This document shows positions 50,624 through 58,727 of a DNA stretch of 64,000 bases, piece after piece; the first letter of the stretch is position 1; each line of letters opens with the position of its first letter. The DNA comes from a virus (lineage: Duplodnaviria; Caudoviricetes), in IMG/VR virus record IMGVR_UViG_3300029305_005724, positions 1-64,000 of that record; one strand, written 5' to 3'. The notes under the pieces are model-generated. The model made no database searches. It was not told where the DNA came from and saw only the letters and a list, made by a program, of their open reading frames with translations. The position numbers and the translations under genes were made by a program.

Positions 50624-52402
50624 ATGCTTACTCAGAGAGAACTTGTTGCAAACTTTATCCGAGATAAGAGAGAGCCGTTTAATCCTCTCTTTTTCAAACG
50701 GGATGAAGATGAAATTGTTACTGAATTGATGAATGTTATTTATTCTTGTGAACGTGAGAATCAATACTTCACAATTAAAGTTGATTCGTATCGAGTCGTA
50801 GATAACTATGAAGAGATTAATAATATCCTTTATCATTATTACGAAGATCTTACGAAAAATAAATCAAAATCAAAGAAAAGGGACAATCAATATGCATTCA
50901 TAAATCTTAATGAATCCTGTATCAGACTTTTGATTGTTCGCTATTATATAAAAGATAGGAATGAAGAAGACTATCTCGACGTTCTTATCGCAATTCCAAG
51001 AGTTATTGATAAGTACTATTTCAAAATAAATGGAATTATGCGTTCCACATTATTTCAGATTGTTGATGGTAGTACCTATAACAATGGAACTTCAAATGCG
51101 AAAGTCCCTAGTATTACGCTAAAGATTATATTCATGGCAGTACGTGTTAGCAGATACTATAATACATTAAAGACAACAGAAGGTGAAGAGCTTAGAATGA
51201 CTTATTACCATTCTAGAATCTTTAATAAAGGTATTGCTGCTGCTAAATATATCTTTGCTAAATTCGGGTATTATGGAGGTCTAAATTTCCTTGGTCTTGA
51301 GGGATCTATCTATCTTACTAGAGAAGACCCGCATGATTCAGATATGTACACCTTCAAAGTGCATGAAAATGCATATATAAGCAGTCCTAAGTTTCTTGTA
51401 GATAGAAATGTAATGCTGCAATCTGTAATTGTAACCCTTTATAATAGTATTATTGAAGGAATTCCTTTTGAAACTCTATTTGATAATCTTTATTGGGTTA
51501 GAAATCTCGGTGCTGAATTTAGTGGTGGTGATGAACGACTTGTATCAGTATATGATGAAGAAGATGATACCACCCCTGATACTTTAGACAAAGGATATAG
51601 CATTCTTGACTCGTTTGAGTCCATTTATGATATCAGTACAAAACGTTCTATCAAACTTCCTGAAGAGGATAAAGAAACAACGTATCATGTACTAAGATGG
51701 ATTATGAGAGAATTTAATGCTCTTCGTCTTAAAGATAACCTTGATATTAGATGCAAAAAGATTCGTTTTGCTGAGTATATTGCATCTCTTTATGCATTTA
51801 AGATTGCAAGAGGTATTTATCGTGTTTCTGATATGAATAAGAAAGCTAGTATTCTTAGCATTCGTAAAGCTATTAGAACCGACCCTAATTATCTTCTTGT
51901 GGCAATTACCAAATCCAAAATGGTATCATATAGAAACATGGTTTCTGATCTTGATGCTATGCAGGCTCTTAAGTACACTTACAAAGGTGTATCTGGCCTT
52001 GGAGAAAATTCAAATAATTCTATTCCTGATATCTATCGTTCTATCCATCCTAGTCATATTGGTCGTGTAGATCTTGATGCATCTAGCGATGGAAATCCTG
52101 GTATTACAGGAACTCTTTGCCCCTATGCTCCAGTGTATGATGGATTCTTTGAAGACTATCATGAACCAAATGCATGGGCATCAGAGTTTATGGAAACTAT
52201 GGAAGAATATAAGAAAGCTCAAAATCTTAAAGATGCTTTGATCTTTGAAGAGAGAATTTTGGGTAAAGATAAGACGGAAGAGATAGAAGTGACGTCTGAA
52301 ATCATTGCCTCGATGCAACAAATTATTAAACCAATGATTTTTGCAGATCAAGGCGAAGAAATCAGTATGGAGGACGTGCTCTATGGCTCAAACAAAAATT
52401 AA
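50624..52402 (+). CDS. Multisubunit RNA polymerase beta subunit, N-terminal part
   Basis: YFKING...FQ; RSIHPSHIGRVDLDASSDGNPG resembles beta RDVHPSHYGRIC..ETPEG.NIG. Confidence 0.8.
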   Translation: MLTQRELVANFIRDKREPFNPLFFKRDEDEIVTELMNVIYSCERENQYFTIKVDSYRVVDNYEEINNILYHYYEDLTKNKSKSKKRDNQYAFINLNESCIRLLIVRYYIKDRNEEDYLDVLIAIPRVIDKYYFKINGIMRSTLFQIVDGSTYNNGTSNAKVPSITLKIIFMAVRVSRYYNTLKTTEGEELRMTYYHSRIFNKGIAAAKYIFAKFGYYGGLNFLGLEGSIYLTREDPHDSDMYTFKVHENAYISSPKFLVDRNVMLQSVIVTLYNSIIEGIPFETLFDNLYWVRNLGAEFSGGDERLVSVYDEEDDTTPDTLDKGYSILDSFESIYDISTKRSIKLPEEDKETTYHVLRWIMREFNALRLKDNLDIRCKKIRFAEYIASLYAFKIARGIYRVSDMNKKASILSIRKAIRTDPNYLLVAITKSKMVSYRNMVSDLDAMQALKYTYKGVSGLGENSNNSIPDIYRSIHPSHIGRVDLDASSDGNPGITGTLCPYAPVYDGFFEDYHEPNAWASEFMETMEEYKKAQNLKDALIFEERILGKDKTEEIEVTSEIIASMQQIIKPMIFADQGEEISMEDVLYGSNKN

Positions 52403-52616
52403 ATACTTTATCTATTCTGCAGAACAATTGCAGATGATGCGCTCAGTTGAATCTAGGCTAGGAAAGAAATTTCAGGTTGGACAAGTAATAGTAAATGGTG
52501 TTAAAAAGCCTTTTACAGAATTATCTCTAACTGATAAATCTCGATATAGTGATGCTAAAATTGTAGCGCAAGGCGATCCTGATAAAATGAGCTATACACT
52601 TCCTGGTGGGAGGTAA
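52383..52616 (+). CDS. Hypothetical protein
   Basis: GGAGG RBS before MAQTK. Confidence 0.7.
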   Translation: MAQTKIKYFIYSAEQLQMMRSVESRLGKKFQVGQVIVNGVKKPFTELSLTDKSRYSDAKIVAQGDPDKMSYTLPGGR

Positions 52617-52618
52617 AT

Positions 52619-52960
52619 ATGCAGATTAAAGAACCGCTGATAGAACCAATGATTTATCACGGTCCAGGTGGCTGCCCAAAGTGCAGCGGACCAATTACTG
52701 TAGCTGATAGCGAACTTACTATCATGGACTTAAACCAAGATGGTGATCCTATTAGTTCAGAAACGACAATCCGCTGCATGGGTTGCTGCATGCACTGTGG
52801 CAACAAAATTCCTATGATGAGATTTAAAGGTTCCTATATTCCATATAGTGAATCTTCGAAAATCATCAGAACCATGGAATTCAAAGATGAAATGGCTCAG
52901 CGAATAGCTGAAATCAATAAAAATTCTAATGGCAAAAATCCATTTGCCATAGAATCGTAG
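52619..52960 (+). CDS. Zinc-ribbon protein with LIEPMIY motif
   Basis: CPKC...CMHC. Confidence 0.75.
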   Translation: MQIKEPLIEPMIYHGPGGCPKCSGPITVADSELTIMDLNQDGDPISSETTIRCMGCCMHCGNKIPMMRFKGSYIPYSESSKIIRTMEFKDEMAQRIAEINKNSNGKNPFAIES

Positions 52961-52969
52961 GAGGAAAAC

Positions 52970-53605
52970 ATGTTAAATATTTATGGGAAGTTAAAATTCC
53001 ATTACGACAACTTGTTAACACGTCCTGCACCACCTCAGAATACTTTTGATAGCATTAGAACTGTATATGAAGAAGCTTTTGATATTAAAATTCCGAGGTA
53101 TGACGTTTATAGATCCAAAATAGAAGTTGACAACTGTCCAATATCGGACATTGTTACTTTAGTTGGGCCTAAAGAAAAAGATACAAGAAAACTTCCAAGT
53201 GGTGTCATTACTTGCCACAATTCAATTGTATATGTCGATATAATTGATGAAAGATTTCTTGATATTGGCTCTAATGAAGAAGCAGATGAATATATTAAGC
53301 ATGTTTATAACGTGATTAATGAAATAATCTCTTATGATCATATGAGCATGAGTGTAACAAAGGCAGCAAAAAATCCGCATGGAATGCTGTTAAAAATGTT
53401 ACCATTTTATTATACTTTGCATCATGCATGCTCGATTTTTCCAGCTTATGTTAATGAGGAGTTGTTTATAGAAATTCTTCTAAATAATAAGCTAGTCAAA
53501 TCTAAAAATGAAGCCGAAACGGTTATCAATCAGGTCGTTATGAATGCATTTTCTGATATTCCGCCTATTATATATTCGCTTATCAGAATGCATATGAGTG
53601 AGTGA
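52970..53605 (+). CDS. Hypothetical protein
   Basis: GGAGG RBS. Confidence 0.7.
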   Translation: MLNIYGKLKFHYDNLLTRPAPPQNTFDSIRTVYEEAFDIKIPRYDVYRSKIEVDNCPISDIVTLVGPKEKDTRKLPSGVITCHNSIVYVDIIDERFLDIGSNEEADEYIKHVYNVINEIISYDHMSMSVTKAAKNPHGMLLKMLPFYYTLHHACSIFPAYVNEELFIEILLNNKLVKSKNEAETVINQVVMNAFSDIPPIIYSLIRMHMSE

Positions 53606-53610
53606 TAATT

Positions 53611-53943
53611 ATGGCATTCTCATTTGAACAAGAACCGCGCTCAAATCCGGAAGGGCTTATTGATCCTTTTATAATTACCGAGCGTTATGATATCTGCCCT
53701 AAATGCAGAGCTCAAAGAGTCGAACTTTATAGCTTCAATAATATACCTCAAAATTATAGCGATGCTGTTAATGCATATCTTAGAGGATATGAGGTAAATT
53801 ATAATAAATACGAAATTCATATGATGAAATGTAAATCATGTAATCATGAATTTGTAATAGATTGGACTATGGGGTTTCCAGTTCCATTGAAAAATAGCTA
53901 TAGAACAAATAGATTCTTTTCTGAATTTGTACGAGGGTACTAA
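53611..53943 (+). CDS. Zinc-ribbon protein with LIDPFII motif
   Basis: CPKC...CKSC. Confidence 0.75.
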   Translation: MAFSFEQEPRSNPEGLIDPFIITERYDICPKCRAQRVELYSFNNIPQNYSDAVNAYLRGYEVNYNKYEIHMMKCKSCNHEFVIDWTMGFPVPLKNSYRTNRFFSEFVRGY

Positions 53944-54066
53944 GAATACTGCTACTTCCTGTAGGAGTAGCAGTATTTATTTTTGTCATAAGAGTTTATT
54001 TTTATACAAATATAGACTCTTCAACAACATAATAAGACAATATCGAATGATATGGAGGTGTTTTTA

Positions 54067-56781
54067 ATGAAATTCGCATCTATATATCTTTCAAATTATA
54101 TAGGAATTTATAATGGTATGGGTTTATATGAAATCCATATCGATATGAGTAAGTGTAAAAATCGTATAACCATTATACGTGGTGATAATGGATCCGGAAA
54201 ATCTACACTATCAAAGGCAATGAGCCTTTTCCCAGATCCTACAGATTCATTTATTCCTGGAATGCCGGCTAGAAAAGAGATAGTTCTTGTTGATGGAACT
54301 ACTCTTTATAAACTTTCTTTTGTTCACGGTGTAACAAAAAATGGTGATAGAGAGCCAACAAAAGCATACATTACCAAAACATTTGGTGATCAAATTATTG
54401 AATTAAATGAGAATGGTAATGTAACCTCATTTAAAGATATTCTTTATTCTGAGCTTGGACTTGATGCTAATTTTGCAGCTCTATCTCAATTAAGTAACGA
54501 TGATAGAGGTTTAGCAGATAAACGTCCTGCTGACAGAAAAAGATTTGTAAATTCTATTATTTCATCTTTAGATGTGTATAATGGTATTTATAAAACTTTA
54601 ACAAAAAGGTCTTCAAATTATAAATCTATGATAAATGCTGTTGTTGGAAAACTTAATGTATTGGGTGACGAAAATTCGCTTAATGCAAATTTAGAAGCTC
54701 TTGAAGAAAAAATAAATGAGTTTCAAAATAGAAAAGATGCTGCAGTTGCTGCTCTTGCAAAAGAGCAATCAACGATACAGCTTCTTGATCCTGATGGCTC
54801 AATTCAAAATGCTAATGCTTTAGTTATTGCGGAGCTTGAATTAGCTGAAAAAGATGCGCGCCAGATTCAGTCTATTATAGATGGACTTGTCATAGATAAT
54901 GGTATTAAAGTATCTGATTATTATAAAGGATATAAAATAACTGTGGATAACAAGAATTCATTAATTATAGAAAACCAAATTGCTAGAAATAGTATCGAGT
55001 CTTTGATGCGGCAAAAAGAGCAAGAAGCTGAAGAGCTCTCTGGAAAGATCCAAAAACTTAATTCTTTACAGAGCGGTTATAAATATGAGACTCTAAAATC
55101 TAAAGTAGATGAGTATGCAAAAGAACTTGGCACTATTGAAGCAACGTTTAGAGAAATTGGAATTCTAGATATGAATTCTATAAATAAAGAAGAGTATATT
55201 CTTGCGCTAGAGACCTTAAAAGATCTAGATATGTATATTTCTTCTTTTAAAGATTCTGTAAGATTAGAAGTATTAGAATCTATTGTAAATGAATATATGC
55301 AAACTGGAATTATTCCAGAAAGAAAGAATCCTGCTATGATTAGTCGCGAAATTAAGAATGCAGAAAATGAAATCGATGGCTGCAATCTTGAAAAAGCGGC
55401 TATTAATTCTAGAATTGGTTTGCTCGATAAATTAAAACTCAGACCTGAAGGATGTGTTGATAATACTTGTCCATTTATAAAAGATGCATTAGAATTTTCT
55501 GCTGGAAATCCTAAAGATCGATTAGATAGTCTTGATGCTCTTATATATTCATTAAAAGGATTTATTAATATAGAGAATGAAAAGCTTACAGATGTAGAAG
55601 AGTATAATAATGCAATAAATCAATTTGCTATTATTGTACGAGAAATTGATAAGAATGGGGCTGTACTGTCCAAGATGCCAGAAGGAGAAATGTTTAAAAA
55701 TAAATCTATCTTCTTTAGTCGACTTATTCAAGGTTATAGTTTTGAGTACATGCGTCATATTTATAAATATATTGATATGGCTAATCTATTCGATACCTAT
55801 AAACAATATAAAACTATTTATGATAGTTATAATGAAGAGCTTAAATCTTATGAAGGAAAAGTTGAAATCATTATTGCATTAAATGAAGATATTGATAATA
55901 TCAATAAAACTATTAACGCTATAATGGACAAGATAGATCCTATAAATAAAGAAATTCTTGAAAGAGAAATAAAGATAGCTCAACTTCAAGAGCTAGAAGG
56001 TGTCTATAATGCTATTATAATTCAATTAGAAAAGAAAGCCCCTATTGAAGCTAAAATAGCGGATTGTCGTTCTAAACTTCTAGATAATAATAGAAAAATG
56101 AATGACATTAATTCTGCATTAGCAAGAGCGGAAACAGCAAAAGAAAGTATTAATCAATGTAACTTTGCTTTAGCTCCTCTCATGAAAGAAAGAGATAAGG
56201 TATCGCATTCTGTACAAATGATGAAAGATTATCTTACTGAAAAAGAAGAACTACAAGCAAATTATGACTTTATAGAAACCATTAAATACTACTCGTCTCC
56301 TACAACAGGAATACAATTGGTATTTATGGAACTTTATATGGGTAAAATCATTGCATTAGCTAATGAACTATTGTCATTACTATTTAATGGGCAATTTAAA
56401 ATTCAGCCGTTTGTTATTAATGAATCCGAATTTAGAATACCTTGTTTAGGAAATGGATATTTAAATGATGATATATCCTCTATGAGTAGTTCTCAGATTG
56501 GTATGATATCTATGATTCTTAGTTTTGCATTATTGCATCATTCTAGTTCTAAATATAATATTATTAAGCTTGATGAGATTGATGGTCCTTTAGACTATAA
56601 CAATCGTATGTATTTTACAGAAGTTCTTAATAGTATAATGGATATTATGGGAACAGAACAATGCATAATGATTTCTCATAACTCAGAACTTCAAATTGAT
56701 AATTCCGATGTAATCCTTCTCAGACATGATGAAAATAATATGGATTATGAAAGAGGAAATGTTATTTGGAGATTTCAGTAA
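54067..56781 (+). CDS. sbcC: SbcC/Rad50-like SMC ATPase
   Basis: GDNGSGKS, coiled coil with C...CP hook, MSSSQ signature, LDEIDGPLD, ISH. Confidence 0.9.
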   Translation: MKFASIYLSNYIGIYNGMGLYEIHIDMSKCKNRITIIRGDNGSGKSTLSKAMSLFPDPTDSFIPGMPARKEIVLVDGTTLYKLSFVHGVTKNGDREPTKAYITKTFGDQIIELNENGNVTSFKDILYSELGLDANFAALSQLSNDDRGLADKRPADRKRFVNSIISSLDVYNGIYKTLTKRSSNYKSMINAVVGKLNVLGDENSLNANLEALEEKINEFQNRKDAAVAALAKEQSTIQLLDPDGSIQNANALVIAELELAEKDARQIQSIIDGLVIDNGIKVSDYYKGYKITVDNKNSLIIENQIARNSIESLMRQKEQEAEELSGKIQKLNSLQSGYKYETLKSKVDEYAKELGTIEATFREIGILDMNSINKEEYILALETLKDLDMYISSFKDSVRLEVLESIVNEYMQTGIIPERKNPAMISREIKNAENEIDGCNLEKAAINSRIGLLDKLKLRPEGCVDNTCPFIKDALEFSAGNPKDRLDSLDALIYSLKGFINIENEKLTDVEEYNNAINQFAIIVREIDKNGAVLSKMPEGEMFKNKSIFFSRLIQGYSFEYMRHIYKYIDMANLFDTYKQYKTIYDSYNEELKSYEGKVEIIIALNEDIDNINKTINAIMDKIDPINKEILEREIKIAQLQELEGVYNAIIIQLEKKAPIEAKIADCRSKLLDNNRKMNDINSALARAETAKESINQCNFALAPLMKERDKVSHSVQMMKDYLTEKEELQANYDFIETIKYYSSPTTGIQLVFMELYMGKIIALANELLSLLFNGQFKIQPFVINESEFRIPCLGNGYLNDDISSMSSSQIGMISMILSFALLHHSSSKYNIIKLDEIDGPLDYNNRMYFTEVLNSIMDIMGTEQCIMISHNSELQIDNSDVILLRHDENNMDYERGNVIWRFQ

Positions 56782-56848
56782 ATATTAAAGGCATGGATAT
56801 ACTCCATGCCTTTATTTTTTTTACTTATGACAATTATAACAAAATATT

Positions 56849-57255
56849 AATCAGGCTTGCGTATTGGAGTTCGCCGTGGGCGCGCAGTTGGGTTCTTTTT
56901 CATTTTGTTTCCTTTCGGGTGAAAGTTTTCCATATATACCTCTGAAGTGTTTTTACGTTTTTGCCATGCGTTGAAACTCCATTTTTTATATATCCTTTGT
57001 GAAATTTTTGCAAATCATAAAAAACTCCGTTTTTTAATATTTCTCCATACGCATTCTTTTTATCAGCCTGATTACTTACTAAGATAATAGGTCATCTGAG
57101 TCTGTCGATCTTCCTAGTCTTAGTTTGTATAATCCAAAGATCGCCAGGACGCAGCGAACCTTCAATTTTCCATTTGATTGGGGGAGGGGCGTCAATATAT
57201 CATACAAAAAATGGATACAGCAGCATCTAAGAATAGATGCTGCTGTACGCTTTTA
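56849..57255 (+). ncRNA. Candidate multi-module antisense RNA against translation-initiation regions
   Basis: Promoter motif 56838-56849; long-range closing stem; five or more CAT + anti-SD modules; terminator 57216-57255. Confidence 0.6.
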
Positions 57256-58227
57256 ATATTCATTAATCGGAACATTTCCACCTTCCATAACAAGAGGCCA
57301 AACTTGATTGATATTTCTATTTCTGGCAATACCAGCATGAATATCAATAGTAGTATCTTCAAGTAGGAATGCATCAGGCCTCGGATAGTTAGGAATGCTT
57401 GCCCCAGTACTTCTATCAATTACATCGAAATATCTTTGACCCGTGGCCTGGTTGTATTTAACAACAACCTGTATATTAGGATTCGATTCCATCCTCATTC
57501 TATTTTGTTCAGGGGTAAGTGCGGAACCACCTCCAATATTACTAGCAATCATTTCGACAGGAGCCACTCCAGGATTCTGTGAATTTACTCCGATAGTAAT
57601 ATCCTGAATAGAAGGAACGGCAGGGGTATAACTTCCAACAGGAGTGTTGACAAACGATGAATACATATCCATAATACGCATATCATCATTTTCATTTTGC
57701 TTATCAAGTTTAAGAGCTTTCATTCTATTAAGCTCAAGATTATGAGCCTGAGTAATTGTAGAATTAAGCTCTTTAATAGCAGAGATCTTTGTAGTAATAA
57801 GAGAGCTTGCTGATGCTGTAAGATTAGTAAGATACGTGAATTTATTCTTTAGTGTTTTACTAGAACGAACAGAATCAATATCCTGCTTAATTTCTGCATT
57901 AAGTTCATCTGCCTGAGCAATTGCTCCACGAATAAGAGCATTTGTTTCAGCATAAGATTTAGCATAATCAACTTCAACAACAGAAGTTGGTCCTTGAGGA
58001 GCTGGCTCGGAATCAACTCTTCCATCTATATTGAGTTTGGCTTTAACACGAGGATTAGACTTCTTTTTGTCATCTCCAGGCTTATTTCCTGAATCGATTT
58101 TTGAAGCATCATCACTATAGAAGAATCCGAAATCGACTCCTATTCCAGAGTCTTCTTTGTTTGCTGTCGTGTTGGTATCATTCATGATAAAGGGATCAAT
58201 TAATTGTCTCATTTTACTTTCCTCCAT
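57253..58227 (-). CDS. Conserved-type jumbo-phage hypothetical protein with LIDPFIM motif
   Basis: 324-aa ORF with coiled-coil middle. Confidence 0.75.
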   Translation of the reverse strand: MEESKMRQLIDPFIMNDTNTTANKEDSGIGVDFGFFYSDDASKIDSGNKPGDDKKKSNPRVKAKLNIDGRVDSEPAPQGPTSVVEVDYAKSYAETNALIRGAIAQADELNAEIKQDIDSVRSSKTLKNKFTYLTNLTASASSLITTKISAIKELNSTITQAHNLELNRMKALKLDKQNENDDMRIMDMYSSFVNTPVGSYTPAVPSIQDITIGVNSQNPGVAPVEMIASNIGGGSALTPEQNRMRMESNPNIQVVVKYNQATGQRYFDVIDRSTGASIPNYPRPDAFLLEDTTIDIHAGIARNRNINQVWPLVMEGGNVPINEY

Positions 58228-58465
58228 TACTTTGATTTATTAAATGTGCATAGCATATAAACCCAGTAGCATATGCTTATTGGTAAAAATCCTATATTAG
58301 CAACTATAGCAAAAACCAAGATCCTAGCAAATTAGTACTTCCTTCTTCATATATTATTATAGGATTCAATACTTCACTTGCAGTTACATGCTGTGTTACA
58401 AGAATCCAAAAGAATGAAGTTAGTATATAAAATGCTATTGTAAAAGAAATAAAAACTTCAGCCAT
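58227..58465 (-). pseudogene. Small membrane protein, frameshifted at a T5 run
   Basis: MAEVF...LLGSWF continues as FAIVANIGFLPISICYWVYMLCTFNKSK* if one T is added at 58311-58315; that stop overlaps the next ATG (TAATG). Confidence 0.6.
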
Positions 58466-58533
58466 CTTTTTCCTCCATTTTATATTTATCAAAATGTTCT
58501 AGTAATAAATAATAACGAGATAAACATAAAAAT

Positions 58534-58650
58534 AAATGCACTGATTTGCTCAAAGGGCATTTATATTTTCCTTTTATTTTTGTATGTACTAAGAATGGTA
58601 ACTCCTAAAGACGAGGCATGTACTCTTGTAGTACATGCCTTTGTTTTTTC
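58534..58650 (+). ncRNA. Candidate small antisense RNA
   Basis: AACA-N6-TA 58523-58534, anti-AUG/anti-SD module, terminator aggcatgtact..agtacatgcct + T-run. Confidence 0.45.
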
Positions 58651-58727
58651 TCAAATAAAAGGATAAGTGTATATTATAATAGTGCCAAAAACAAAATATT
58701 AATTAAAAAGAATAGGAGGGCAATCCT

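Noticed and set aside
56870-57020. Minus-strand minigenes (MAKT*, MICKNFTKDI*, MENFHPKGNKMKKNP...)
   Set aside because: Not excluded but disfavoured: the promoter motif points to + strand transcription and a terminator separates the region from the upstream minus-strand gene.
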